From the human T2T-CHM13v2.0 reference genome, Homo sapiens: a stretch of DNA of 64,000 nt. The notes under the pieces are model-generated. The model had not been told where the DNA came from. It worked only from the letters and a program-made list of their open reading frames with translations, and searched no databases. Each line of letters begins with the position of its first letter. Within the stretch, counting starts at the first letter, position 1. Shown piece after piece: positions 1 to 20,223 of this stretch. The stretch lies in the NCBI RefSeq assembly GCF_009914755.1, contig NC_060928.1; one strand, written 5' to 3'. The position numbers were made by a program, and so were the translations under genes.

Positions 1-299
1 TCTCCCTTCTCTGGGAGAAGGATGGGTGTACTGTCCCCTCACATCATGCCTGGTAAGAGGAGCTCCAGGCCCCTGCTACAGCTGACTGTGCGTCCATGGA
101 GCTTGTGGTTACACAGTGGAGCAGTGCCTGCCTCACAGCTGAGAAGAGCCAACAACCCGGCTCCAGTGATCTGAAATACATGACCAACACTAAATTTTGT
201 GTATTTGCCACAACTGCTTGAAAGAATCATTTAGAATGGTGTCACAGGTCCTGAGAATAGAGATGATGACTGAAGAGGGTTGTGGACAAGATGTAAGGA

Positions 300-591
300 C
301 ATAAGTAGAGGGCAGAGAGGACACAAGATGCCACGCTCCTGGCTGTGAAGATAGGGTAAGGGACCACAAGCCAAGAAATGCAGGCAGCCTCTAGCGGCCG
401 GAAAAGGCATGGAAACAGCTCCTTCGCTTATCTTCCAGAAGGAATGCAGGACTGCCTACACCTAATCTTAATCGAGTCAAAATAATGTCAGACTTCTGAG
501 ACCTCCAGAACTGCGAGATAATAAATTTGTGTTGTTTTAAAACCACAGAAGGCGTGGTGATTTGTTAGCCCAGCTATAGAACACTTAACAC
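300..591 (+). mobile_element. MLT1 (MaLR) LTR, 3' part
   Basis: AGCCAAGAAATGCAGGCAGCCTCTAG...GACTTCTG...CCTCCAGAACTGCGAGATAATAAATTTGTGTTGTTTTAA resembles the MLT1C/D 3' half. Confidence 0.8.
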
Positions 592-1549
592 GAATCAAGG
601 GTGGAAGCAGAGGAGAAGGGGAAGAAGGGGGAAAGACCTTCAATTCGTCTTGGAAAGTAAGGCTCACAGTCAACTGCACACTGAGTACAAATTTACCTCC
701 AGGGACTGAGGCCAACCTAGCTCAGGACCAGGGCAAAAGCACCTTGAAGTGCTGAGACCAGTCTCATCATATCACCACCAATAGCACAGGGAGGCTCAAT
801 TCCAGCAGACACACCCTGTGACTCCATTGATGACACAGTCTGTCTGCAATTGGCAAACTCTTCTTTGTCTGTGAGTAAAATGATGTTGTTTACAAGCAAA
901 GTTGAAAGCATGAAAGATTTTCGATAAACTCCTCAGGGCTCATTACAATTGGAATCAATTTTATGCACTCTGGTTTGGGTAGCATCCTTCTATGATTAGA
1001 GGGTGGATGCCAAGCAGCCTATCGTGTTAAAAATAGGAAAAAGACTATAGGATTGTCTAAGCAGAGTGGAAAAACAGGCTGAAAGAGTTCAGTGGGTTTG
1101 TGTAACTTTGTCTTGTAACAAAGTCAGCAAGTGAAAAGCTAGGGAAGGTTTTTTCCTCCTCTTCTGCCTCAATTTTCTTTTTTTTTCTGCCTGAATTTGA
1201 ATATAGATTTCATCTATTTAAACAGAAATACAGTCTATCCTCTTTGTATACTGATCTCTTGTATTCCCCGCTTCTTCACTTTTGTTTCTTCCTCATTACT
1301 TACAAGCAGGATGGAAGTCAGGTAGAGCCGACTGCATTCCAAGTCCTTCACTTTCTCTTCGGGTAGCTGGGCCCTGGGTCTGGCATCTTGTGAATGTAAA
1401 ATGAAGGTTGCCTTTTGTCTGGTCCTTCTTTCGTATAACAGATCATAGTGATTGGCACTCGTCACACACACATTTTTATTCCAGAGTATAGTCTCAGAAA
1501 ATCCTGCTGAAGGTTCAAGCCAAGAAGACACTTCTATGCCAATTAATCC

Positions 1550-2860
<1,311 letters not shown>

Positions 2861-3129
2861 ATCCCTCAATATTGGCTATCAGTGACTTTTATGGTCTGGA
2901 TGGTCAAAGAGAAAAATGGCGCCAGAAAAACCCAGCATGTCCCTATTTAATTAGGAAAAGGGGAATTAGTATTACTGTATGCCTACTATTTGCTAGGTAC
3001 TGATTAAAGTGTTGGTTACTTAGAAATATTTCATTTCTTTATCATGTTCATAGTTCTACCAAAGCGTAGATTTAATTGTCAAATAGCACAATCTCTAGCA
3101 ACTGGTATAACTTACGCTATTAATAAATG

Positions 3130-3460
3130 CTAGGTCTTTGGAATACGAGTGGAGTTTGAAACTTTATTTTGCTTTTTAGAAAGTGGTGGATTTCAGACAA
3201 TTTTCTTAACCTTTTCAAGCCTCATTTATTCAACTGACCTTTTACCCAGTGTCTGCAATGGATCTACCACTGGCCTGTCCTGAAGGGGTAACAGATAAAA
3301 GACAAAGTCCCTTCTTTGCAGAGAAAACCATTAGCCTTTAGTTTCTTCCATGTCAAAATTTGAATAGTACCCATTTTGCAGTGTGTTGTGAGAATCAAAT
3401 GAGATAAGTTTTTATGAGAGTGCTTCACATTTAGAAGAAACTCAATAAATGTTAATTTCT
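3130..3460 (+). mobile_element. MIR fragments
   Basis: GTGTTGTGAGAATCAAATGAGATAA...CTCAATAAATGTTA MIR core and 3' end. Confidence 0.65.
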
Positions 3461-3873
3461 TGCTTTCCCTAGCGGCAGCCTAGGGGGAAGGAAATTTTTC
3501 AGCTGGGAAACTTTTATTTGTGCTTCTCAAATAATATTAACACTGCCTTGGGGGTGAGTGGTTCTGAATAACAAGCATGGGAACAATATTAGAATGAAGG
3601 TACCTCCATGGATTGGTGAAAATTGTAGTGAGATTTTGGTCAATATTCAACATTTGACAGTAACCTTATTATAAGAATAATTCTATTATATTCAGTTTTA
3701 TTGTTTGGTGAGATGTGCTGAAGCGTAACCTCACTGATGGAGACAAAGTGAGAGATAGTAGTGATTTGGAGTAGAATTAACAGAAGTGTGTATTACTGAT
3801 CCTGGGCTTATTAAATGGTCTGTTACAGCCAATGCAGTAACTCCTGTAAGATGTGCTGATAAGAGTAGAGTAA

Positions 3874-4208
<335 letters not shown>

Positions 4209-4708
4209 TGGACCAACGTTCTTCTAACAGGACGAATATGCTTAACTCGTATGAAACTGGACTGCAGTCTGCTCTAAAGGTGTGCCTCCTTCTTTGGCGA
4301 ATTTATAAGGAAGTCCCCACAGCCCTCAGGACAGAGACTGAACAAGGGATGTGACTGCTGTGAATACTCCCAGCCAAAGGCCATCAGGACACCCGGAGTT
4401 GAACAAGGTAACAAGGAGACCATCCTGTGGGGACCCATGGCACGTCTCAGGAAGAGGGTGACAGCACGGGCTTGTGATGGGGTTTGAGCTTATGCTAGGT
4501 GATTTTGAGTGAGTCATCAATGAGACATGGTTTTTCTCTGGTGCTGAGAGCAAGCAGTGGAGATTCTGTGATAAAACGTTGTAATAATTTTTATCTAGGA
4601 GGCAGGAGGAACACAGGAGGGCTTAAGCTGTAATCCACACAGAGGCAGTTGTTCACGTTAGCGGAAGAATGGGATGTTCAGGCAGTATTATGGTTTGCAA
4701 AGTCTTGT

Positions 4709-5018
<310 letters not shown>

Positions 5019-5389
5019 GTGTTCTTGTTTTATTCTGTGCTCAGACATGTTTATGGAGTGGTCTTGTTTTTGTCTCCCTCCATCACAGTCACAGAGTGAC
5101 CCTGTTGATGCTATGCTCTGTGAAATTGTTTACTTTCACCAGAACACCTGGCCCAGCTGTGAGCGTCAGGCCAGCTCCTACCAAATGAATGGCAGGAGCT
5201 GCTCTTTTTCTTTTGTGTTTTTCCTGCCCTCACCACATGGCCTATTTCCTTCCAGTCCAGTAGAAATGGGCAGTGACTGGCCCAATAGTAGGAGCCCTTA
5301 GCCACTGACATCTGGAACAGGCTTAAGGCTGGTGAGTCTGCAACACTCAGCAAGGAGATAGTCTGCCAAATAGCAGAAAAAAAGGGGAG

Positions 5390-5512
5390 AAATGGAGGGA
5401 TTGAACAGGGAGATTAGAGAGAAAGAGAAGGGTGGAAAGGGAGACTGGGAGAGAGAGGGAGACAGAGGGAGAGAGGGAGACAGAGGGATAGAGGGAGACA
5501 GAAGCAGAGAGA
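5390..5512. repeat. GA-rich low-complexity tract
   Basis: Repeated GAGAGGGAGACA-like units. Confidence 0.8.
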
Positions 5513-5722
5513 GGGCCCATGGAGACACGCTCCTTTCCAAGTCTATAAGCTTCCTTCCTTTGTTTGCAAGAAAATGTAAATTATATAGGACTTACACGTA
5601 GGAATGCTCTTTTGAAATCCACCTATTCCATTCGTGCATAATTTTGTACACTTCCCTTGGAGTTTGGTATATGATTGGCCACCCAGCAATGCAGGAGGTG
5701 CTTAAGGGACCGAAAGCGCCTC

Positions 5723-6539
<817 letters not shown>

Positions 6540-7856
6540 TCAGAAAACAAAACCAAACAAAACACACTCCAACACAAAAAAATGACCTGAGGGCAGTCAG
6601 GATCGAAAAGTTGAGAATTTTCACAATGTTTTGTATCCTGTTGGACTGTGTTTCCTGAGAGAATGATAATGAAGTTTTCAATAGAGGGCTTAGAAATACA
6701 AAAATTGTTTCTTGAATACAAATATGTTTACTAAGTTGCCTTAAATATATTCATGTATTTAAACTTTATTTTCTGTACCTCAATTTGGTCACCCCAAAAT
6801 TAGGTTTAGAGTAATTTTTTGAGATATGCTGTAGTGGAGTGAGGAGAAAATTCGTTTGGTGCTGCCTAAGAGCTATCCCAATGCAGAGCTTTGCAATGAG
6901 ACTGGAATTCCATGCAGGAAGGGATTCTCCAGCCAAACGGGGTTTAGAATATGCCTCCTCCTAGCTCCCATCATTGCTGCAAATCTATAGGAATACTGAT
7001 CACACAGAGAGAAAAGAACTAACTGGTAGTGTCGCCGCAGACTAGAGAGTTTGGATGAGAAAAGGCGGGCACTGTAGGGTGCATAGCACCGTGGAAGGAA
7101 ACACTCAGTGATACGATAATGACAGAAAGAATAGGCTTGAAGCAAGTATATATGCAAACACTGAAATTTGCAGGGGTTAGAAATTGCCCTGAAGGAAGAG
7201 GTGGACAACTCTGCCAGACACTGGGAAGATCAGTGCGGAACACACGGCCAGGATCCAGCCAGTCAGAACTGACTCCCCCATCAATCACATCTTTGCAGAA
7301 AAATCTACACCAGAGCTTGCTAGATTCCTAGGTTAGTGAAAAAGATTTTTTCTTTTTTTTTTTTTTTTGGTAACTAACATTGCAAAGTAAACATTATATC
7401 ATGTTCATTATACATAAGTAATGATTTCAGCTATTGTTTGAAATCCATGGTCAACATCAAAAAGCCTGTAGGTTCTGTTTTCTAAAACTGATAGGACAAG
7501 CTAAGAAACCTTACCCCCATCCCCTTATGCAATCTTGAGGAGTCATGCTCAGAATAAATTAGATGAAACACTTAGATGTATTAGATATGAGTCATTTCTG
7601 CTTCTCAGGTTGAAAGTTTTTTGCATTTAAACTGTGAGACCAAGCTGAAGACAAAAACTATCTAAATATATCTTAATATTATGAAAACTACTATTGATAT
7701 GACAGGATCAACCTAGGATCAACATGCTCAGAACATTTATTTTAAATTTCATGTAACTTTCTTATTTGTAATACATCGGGCAGGTGAATGGTTCAAAATT
7801 CAGGTACAATAAGACATACAATGACAAGTAAATATTTGACTTTTTTTTGGTACTAT

Positions 7857-9266
7857 TGAGAGGTGAAAATGTGCTGCCTGCCCTCGCTCGCTCTCAGTGC
7901 CTCCTCGGCCTCAGCGTCCGCTCTGGCCACACTTGAGGAGCCCTTCAGCCGGCTGCTGCACTGTGGGAGCCCCTTTCTGGGATGGCCTAGACTGGAGCTG
8001 GTTCCCTCTGCTTACGGGGAGGTGTGGAGGAAGAGGCGAGGGCGGGAACCGGGGCTGCCCGCGGCGCCCATGGGCCAGCGAGGGCTCGGCGGGCCCTGCA
8101 TTCAGAGCAGCTGGCAGGCGCCGCCCGCCCCGGGCAGTGAGGGGCTTAGCACCCGGGCCAGCAGCTGCGGAAGGTGCGCCGGGTACCCCAGCACTGCCGG
8201 CCCACCCAGGCCGCACTCCAATTCTTGCCGGGCCTCAGCTGCCTCCCCGCAGGGCAGGGTTCAGGCCCTACAGCCTGCCATGCCTGAGTTTCCCCTCCGC
8301 TGCGGGCTCCTGCGCGGCCCGAGCCTGCCCTACGAGCGCTGTCCCCTGCTCCATGGCGCCGGGTCCCATCGACTGCCCAAGGGCTGAGAAGTGCAGGCGG
8401 GCGGCATGGGACTAACGGGCAGCTCCGCCTGCTGCCTCGCCACGGGATCCACTAGGCAAAGTCAGGCAGGCTCCTGAGTCAGGTGGGGACTTGGAGAATT
8501 TTATGTCTGGCTGGAGGATTGTCTGTGAGCTAACCAGCACTCTGTGTCTAGCTTAAGGTTCGTGGGTGTGCCAATCAGCACTCTGTATCTAGCTAAGCTC
8601 GTGGGGACTTGGAGAACATTTATGTCTAGCTAGAAGATTCTAAATGCACCAATCAGCACTCTGTGTCTAGCTCAGGGATTGTAAATGCACCAATCAGCAC
8701 CCTGTCAAAATGGACCAATCAGCTTTCTGTAAAATGGACCAATCAGCTCTCTGTAAATTGGACCAATCAGCTCTCTGTAAAATGGGCCAATCAGCAGGAT
8801 GTGGGAGGGGTAGGATAAGGGAATAAAAGCAGGCTGCCTGAGCTAACACTCCCAACCCACTGGTGTTGCCTTCCACATTTAAGAAAGTTTGTTGTTTCAT
8901 TCTTTGCAGTAACTCATGATGGTGTTAACTGTTGGGGTCTGTACTACGTTTATCAGCTGTAACAGTCACTGCTAAGGTTTGCAGTTTCCTTTCTGTTGCC
9001 AGCGGGATCACGAGTCCACCGGGAGAAATGAACAACTCCAGACGCGTGGTCTTAAGAGCTGTACCACTCACCATGAAGCTCTGTGGCTTCACTTCTGAAT
9101 CCAGGGAGGCCACGAACCCACCAGAAGGTAGAAACTGTGAACCCGTTCAAACATCAGAAGGAACGAACTGGACACGTTGTTCTTAAGAAGTGTAACACTG
9201 ATCGTGAGGGTCTGTGGTTTCATTCATGAAGTCAGTGAGACGAGGAACCCACCAATTACAGACACA
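7857..9266 (+). mobile_element. LTR12-family (ERV9) solo LTR
   Basis: TGAGAGGTGA start, CACTTGAGGAGCCCTTCAGCC, CpG-rich U3, tandem CCAATCAGC repeats, GAACCCACCAATT...CACA end; TSD CTAT/GTAT. Confidence 0.95.
8565..8835 (+). promoter_or_regulatory. LTR12 promoter core: clustered CCAAT (NF-Y) boxes, GATA site, TATA-like AATAAAA
   Basis: Seven CCAATCAGC motifs, four of them in 24-bp tandem units (about 8705-8797); GATAAGGGAATAAAAGC at about 8814-8830. Confidence 0.7.
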
Positions 9267-9599
9267 GTATGATGAACCAAAAACCCCAACACTTCCCTGC
9301 CATAAAACAGGAATCAAATGAGGCCAGTAACAAAGACAGTTTGAGTCCAGGGCACTGAGTGAAGGCACTAGATATGCTGGGACTCATCATTGCTTTGGAA
9401 CAGGGACAGGATCTGGGTACGAAGTTTCTACCGCTCTTGTGGTGGGGAGTTGGGTTGGGCATCACTTTCATACGGCGAGAGGAAACGGTGGTGTCATCTA
9501 TGTTAGCACTGGCTGCAGTGGAGCTTAAAAAACATGTTGCAAGCTCTCACATGGGTTCAAGTCTGAATTTCCACTGCTACGTGGTCTGAAAACTGCAAG

Positions 9600-10850
<1,251 letters not shown>

Positions 10851-10851
10851 A

Positions 10852-11160
<309 letters not shown>

Positions 11161-12000
11161 GGGTGAGCATCCCAAACACCAATGCTGGCAAGAATGTGTA
11201 GCAATAGGAACTCTGATTCATTGTGCTGGGAGTGGATGTACTCATAAAATGGTACTGATACCATGGAGGGCAGTTCGGTGGTTTCCTATAAAACTAAACA
11301 TTCTTTTACTACATAGTCCGGCCATTATGCTCCTTGGTATTTACCCAAATGAACACATCAATGTTTATAGTAGCCTTATTTGTAATTGCCAAAGCTTAGA
11401 AGCAACTAAGATGTTGTTCCTTAGGTTAAAAAAGAAAAGAAACTGTGGCACCTCCAGACAATAGGATATTATTTAGTGCTAAAAATAAATAAGCTACCAA
11501 GTGACAACACCACATGGAGGAATGTTAACTGCGTATAAATGACAGAAACAAAAACCAATCCGAAAAGGTGATGCACTGCATGATTCCAGTCATGTGATGC
11601 TTCGGAAAAGGCAAAACTATGGAAATGGTAAAAAGGTCAGTGGTTGCCAGAGGTTAAGGATAAAGAGAGATGATTAGGTGGAGAACAGAAGATTTTTAGG
11701 ATAGTGAAACCATTTTGTCTGATAATATAATGGTGGATATGTGTGATTATACATTTGTTAAAAACCATGGAATGTACAACCCTAAGAGAGAACCCTAATA
11801 TAAACCATGAAATTTGAATAATAATGATGTATCATTGCAGGTCTGTAGATTTGTCAAATATGCACCACTGTCGTGGGGGATGGTAGTAGTGGGGTAGGTT
11901 GTGTGTGTATAGGGACCAAGGGTATATGAGAACTCTCTGTACTTTCTGATCAATTTTGATGTGAAGCTAAAACTGGTCTAAAAAATAAAGTTTATTAAAT
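11161..12000 (+). mobile_element. L1MC-like 3' end
   Basis: ORF2-end/3'UTR motifs ending GAACTCTCTGTACTTTCTGATCAATTTTG...AAAAATAAAGTTTATT. Confidence 0.8.
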
Positions 12001-12057
12001 TACAAAAATCTAACAGGGTTAAAAGGAAATGGGAAAATTAATTTAAAAATGTATATG

Positions 12058-12438
<381 letters not shown>

Positions 12439-12710
12439 TCAGACATCAAGACGCATTATAATCCATAGACTATAAGACAGTGGCACTAGCACAACAATAG
12501 ACCAACAGAGAAAAGAAATTTGTTAGATTGTCTGGAAATAACACAGTGAAAGTGTGGAGGTTTGATAAGTGGTGAAATTATCCTGTATGTGAATGGGGAT
12601 AATATGCGCTAGTCCATTGAATTAATCGTCTCTCTCTGACTGTTTCTCCCTCTCACTTTCTTTCTGTGTGTGTGTGTGTGTGCATACATGAGTGTGTGTG
12701 CATGCGTGTT

Positions 12711-13489
12711 TGATGGGGACAGGAGGCAGGGAAACGCTGGGTAGAAGAAGGTGGTTCTTCAGCAAAGGCCCCACCTTCAAGCCTGGAAACTGTGGCTCTA
12801 AATGAAAACAGTTATCTCTGTTTTCCCGTCCAATTGTTGCTTTATTCAAAACCACCCTGGCCCGCCACCCTCATGCCCCTCCCCCCCTGACCCCGCATCC
12901 TGTACTCATAAAACCCCCAAACCCCAGGTTCAATGAGCAGGAGGGCGGCACAGCAGCAGAGCAGCAGAGCGGCAGAGTGGAGAAGGAGAGAAGAGAAGTG
13001 TCTGAACATGGGGAGGAGTTTGGCTGGGGGCGGTCATAGAAGAGATTCGCCATGAGATGGCTGAACTCCAGGGGACAATCATCTTCCCACTCCATCCCCT
13101 CTCCACCTCCCCATCCCACTGAGAGCCACCTCCACCTCTCAATGAAATCCCTGCATTCACCATTCTTCAAGTCCATGTGACCTGATTCTTCCTGGAAGCT
13201 AGACAGGAATTCAGGATTCCTGTACCAATTCCATTGGGTACAGGAACCAAAAAGACTGTCACGTTGACTCTTCACTGAGCTGTTAAACACTTTAGCTTTC
13301 CCTGGGTGGCAGGGCTAAAGGACATTGTAATACCCCTAGCCACTGCTGGGGGGTCAGAGCCCAAATGTGCTCACCCCAGCTCACCTGTGTGCTCTCCCTC
13401 CCTTAAAGGGTTTGAACACGCACCAGCCGAATAAATGAGCCACATGCCATCACATGTTCCGCGAGGGGTCAGAGAACTCTCCTGTTTCA
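12711..13489 (+). mobile_element. ERV1 solo LTR of the LTR1/LTR27/LTR28 group
   Basis: TGATGGGGACAGGAGGCAGGGAAA...GGCCCCACCTTCAAGCC start, TTTCA end; TSD TGTT on both sides. Confidence 0.85.
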
Positions 13490-13493
13490 TGTT

Positions 13494-14921
<1,428 letters not shown>

Positions 14922-14925
<4 letters not shown>

Positions 14926-14940
14926 TATCTCTATCTGCTA

Positions 14941-14971
<31 letters not shown>

Positions 14972-15018
14972 CTCTATCTATCTATCTTCTATCTAATCTT
15001 ATCTATCCATCCTATCTA
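14922..15018. repeat. (TATC)n/(TGTC)n compound microsatellite
   Basis: Direct reading. Confidence 0.9.
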
Positions 15019-15183
15019 CAGATGTATATGTTTGTGTGTATATAAATATACATCTGTCACAAACATTCTCTTATGTGTATCAAATATTTTCATAATAAAA
15101 ACATTTACAAAATCTCCTACTCTTTCTAGTCCTGTTATTCCATAGTTTCCCCTTCTGTGTCTTGTTTTGTAAACTTAATGTGT

Positions 15184-15497
15184 GGGCCAGGTGCAGTGGC
15201 TCACGCCTATATTCCCAGCACTTTGGGAGGCTGAAGCGGGTGGATCACCTGAGGTCAGGAGTTCGAGAGCAGCCTGGTCCAACATGGTGAAACCCTGTCT
15301 CTACTAAAAATACAAAAATTAGCTGGGTGTGGTTGTGGGTGCCTGTAATCCCAGCTACTCAGGAGGCTGAGGCAGGAGAATCACTTGAACTTGGGAGGCT
15401 GAGGTTGCAGTGAGCTGAGGTGGCACCACTGCACTCCAGCCTGGGGGACAAAGTGAGACTCCATCTCAAACAAAAATAAAAAAAGAAAATAAAAAAA
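15184..15497 (+). mobile_element. AluSx-like
   Basis: Full Alu; TSD TAAACTTAATGTGTGG. Confidence 0.95.
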
Positions 15498-15539
15498 TAA
15501 ACTTAATGTGTGGATGTTGTTCCTTCCCAGTATACATTA

Positions 15540-15681
15540 TTTTCCTCCAGCTTTATTTAGGTATAATTGATAAATTAAAATTATATATATTCAAGTAATA
15601 CAATATGGTAATTTGAGATATGTTTACATTGTGAAATGACCACAGTCAAGTTATTTAACAATCATCATCACACATAGTTAC

Positions 15682-15717
<36 letters not shown>

Positions 15718-15780
15718 TATGTGTATGTGGTTAGGACACCTAAGATCTACTGTCTCAGACAATTTCAAGTATTCACTGCC
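15540..15780 (-). mobile_element. L1MA 3' end fragment containing (TG)n
   Basis: CAGCTTTATTTAGGTATAATTGA...TAAGATCTACT...AATTTCAAGTAT. Confidence 0.8.
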
Positions 15781-15831
15781 TCCTTGTATATATGGATGCA
15801 GTGTATACTTGAAATTGTCTAAGAGAGTAGA
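15746..15831. repeat. Near-perfect palindrome with 34-bp arms
   Basis: 15746-15779 versus the reverse complement of 15798-15831: 31 of 34 match. Confidence 0.9.
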
Positions 15832-15848
15832 AGCTTTTTATCTTCTGT

Positions 15849-16080
15849 CTTTCTTTTTCTTTTTTTTGAGACGGAGTCTCTCTCTGTCGCCCAGGCTGAA
15901 GTGCAGTGGTGTGATCTCGGCTCACTGCAACCTCCGCCTCCCAGGTTCATGCCATTCTCCTGCCTCAGCCTCCGAGTAGCTGGGACTCAACGCCCGGCTA
16001 ATTTTTTGTATTTGTAGTAGAGACGGGGTTTCACCGTGTTAGCCAGGATGGTCTCTATCTCCTGACCTCTTGATCCGGAC
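15849..16080 (-). mobile_element. AluY-like, internally deleted and 5'-truncated
   Basis: GCCATTCTCC; CACCGTGTTAGCCAGGATGG. Confidence 0.9.
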
Positions 16081-16084
16081 CCTT

Positions 16085-16785
<701 letters not shown>

Positions 16786-17227
16786 TAATTAATTCAAGGT
16801 GGACTATATATCCAAACATAATTGCTAAAACTATAAAGCTTTTCAAAGAAAGCATAGGAGAATATCTTTGTTACCTTTTAGTAGGCAAAGATTGCTTACA
16901 CAGAACTTGGGAAGCACACACACACACACACACACACACAAACCCAGATAAATTAGACTTATTTGGCATGTAATTATTTACTTTGAATCATAGTACATTT
17001 ATGTACTGTAACGGAAAAGGGTCTATTGTCTATTCCTGAGGCACTAACTTCCCTTTCTTATGGACGTTTAAGTCTGCAAGTGAATTTTGTATTTTTCAAA
17101 AGCTATTTTAAACCTTTATGCTTTTCCACACTAACCCTACCTTTAACCCACTTTCCTCTGTTAATTTTTTTCACTTAATGTGTCCTAGTGATTGTTCATA
17201 TTACTACATAAAATTTCTTTGTTTTCT

Positions 17228-17508
17228 TTTTTTTTTTTTTTTTTTTTTGTTGAGACAGGGTCTCTCCGTCACCCAGGCTGAAGTGCAGGACCTTGGCTCA
17301 CCACAACCTCCACCTTCCAGTTCAAGCCATCCTCTTATCTCAGCCTCCTAAGTAGCCGGGACTACAGGTGTGCACAACCACGTCGAACTAATTTTTTGTA
17401 TTTTTGGTAGAGACAGGGTTTTGCTGTGTTGCCCAGGCTGGTCTTGAACTCCTGACTTCAAGCGAGCTGCCCACGTCAGCCTCCCGAAGTGAGCCACTGC
17501 GCCTGGTC
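17228..17508 (-). mobile_element. AluJ with small deletions
   Basis: GAGACAGGGTCTC, TTGCCCAGGCTGGTC; TSD TACATAAAATTTCT. Confidence 0.9.
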
Positions 17509-17626
17509 TAGTACATAAAATTTCTGTATTTGTTAGTTTTAATTTTTTCAAAGTTGTAAATGTACATATTTCAAAGCCTCAAGTAGTTCTATAAGGATTA
17601 ATATGTAAAACTGTACTACTATATTT

Positions 17627-17920
<294 letters not shown>

Positions 17921-18254
17921 TTAAATTGTACTATATTCATCTCCTTCTAGTTCTTATTCTTCAGAGACAATAATTAAGCTCACATAGCTTTTCTTTTGGT
18001 ATTTAATGTAATCGCATGATTTTAACGACTATACTGCTAGTTCTGTATTTTGTTGTTGTTATTGAGTCCTAAGCTTAACTACTGACTTCTCACTAGATCA
18101 AATTTATTTTATTTCATCACATTTCACATACATTTACACATTTTCATGTACCATTCTACCAATTTACTTATATTTGTTAGATAAGTATTCAATATTTGTA
18201 TTATGACTATATAAGCATGATTTACACTACAGATATGTAGAATATGGACTTTAA

Positions 18255-18540
18255 CTCTCCCAAAAGAGGGCTGCTAATAATTTCTCCCATCTTTATATGT
18301 GTAAAGTCTATTCTTTCCCACATGAATCTGGACTGATCTTGTGACTAGCTTTTTCTCAGTAGAATGTGGCAGCTCTAAGCCTTGTCCCTCAGAGTCATGG
18401 CAACTTCCATGTTCTGTCTTTGGGAGACTTATGACAGCTTGTAAGAAGTCTGACTATTATCCTGGACAGAGAAGCCCAGTCAGTCCTCAGCCATGCTAGC
18501 TACCACTTCAGCCAGGGCACCAGACAATATGAGTGGAGTG
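18255..18540 (+). mobile_element. Degenerate MLT1 LTR fragment
   Basis: TGAATCTGGACTGATCTTGTGACT...AGTAGAATGTGGCAG...GTAAGAAGTCTGACTA. Confidence 0.6.
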
Positions 18541-19022
18541 GGGTTTTGATGGAGAGCTTTTTCGTGATTCACATTCCTCCTTTTTTTTTTTCTTTTTTTC
18601 TTGGACTAAGGAATTCTTTTTTGGATTGAAAGTCTAAAATCCTTGTAACTTTCATATTTTATTTTGTACTTCTTAGAATCATGCTCTACTTTTTGGGAGA
18701 TCTAAATTTTAATTTTTAATTAATTTCTCGGTTAAGTTTTTAATTACAGACATCATATTTTTCTCTTTTTCTCCAAAATAATTCTCCTCTTCCTCCTTAT
18801 CCTTCTAGACCTATTTTTCTTTCAGGGATGCCATATATCCTTTTATTTCTCTGTGGACATTAGTGACTATTTTACAGAGTTTTGGCTTCCTGCATAGTCT
18901 CAATTTTCTCCAAGTTACTTATTATTGTTTGTTTGTTCTATTCTATTTTTAAGGTGAGAGGCTGTCTTCAGTTGCCTAGAGACACATGGTTGTCTGCTCA
19001 TAATTAAGATTGGGGTATTAGT

Positions 19023-19335
<313 letters not shown>

Positions 19336-20223
19336 TTAGCAAATTGATTGGGCAAGGCTTAAGCCTAGCCCCATTGCAGAGAGATTTAGTCAGGCTGACT
19401 TGTTGAAGCCTCACTATGCCAGTCTCTAAATTTTCTTCCTTGGATAGGTCAGATTTCTCAGAGAAGTAGCTTCTTGTCTGCTTGGAGGACAAGATCCTGG
19501 ATATCAGGCAGGCATTCTGCATATCAGGTGGGGGAAGAAGGCTGGATACGTGAAATTCTGTATGTGAGCAAAATCCAGTGTGATCCCTTTCTGTTAATGT
19601 GGCATCTCAGGTCTTGTCTGGTGATCCTCTGATCTACAGAGAAGAAACCTCCATCCAGCCTTCTGTTGGATGACGTGAGCCAATTGCTCAAACAGACCTT
19701 CAGCTTCTTGGAAACAATCCTGTGTTTAATTGCACTTCCTAAGATTCCTGGAGCCAAAAATTACTGAGCCTTTTGGGAATTCTGCAAGCTGGTTACTTCT
19801 GGCCTTTTCCTACCACTGGCTTAGTATTTATTATGTTCGGATTTGCTCATTTAAATATTACTTCCTTTTTTCCTTTCAGAATTTTGGTGCTTTTTATTTC
19901 TTTTCCAGGTTTTTGTTCTTGTGGGGTTTTATCTTCAAAATAATCCCTCTGTATCATTTCATGGTATTTTTGGAAAGATTTGGTATTTAGACAACTATCA
20001 TAAAATGAAGTCACCTTTGTTTAATGGCCTTATAAAAACATTATGCTGTGAATATATAAGAATTTACTTATCCAGTCAAATATTTTGTTTTTTTAAGTAT
20101 GTTGTTAGACAATTAGAAAATGTCCCAGTTGAAGACTAAGAAATGCTATTTCAAATTTGTGTTTATTTTACTATGTGAACCTTGAGCATATTTTTATTAG
20201 TTTAGAAAACATTTGTTTTTCTT

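Noticed and set aside
6873-7331. Overlapping ORFs in apparently unique sequence
   Set aside because: No recognisable homology, ORFs on both strands, no convincing splice context
7863-8415. Overlapping 172-174-aa GC-rich ORFs
   Set aside because: They lie within LTR12 U3; the open frames reflect high GC content
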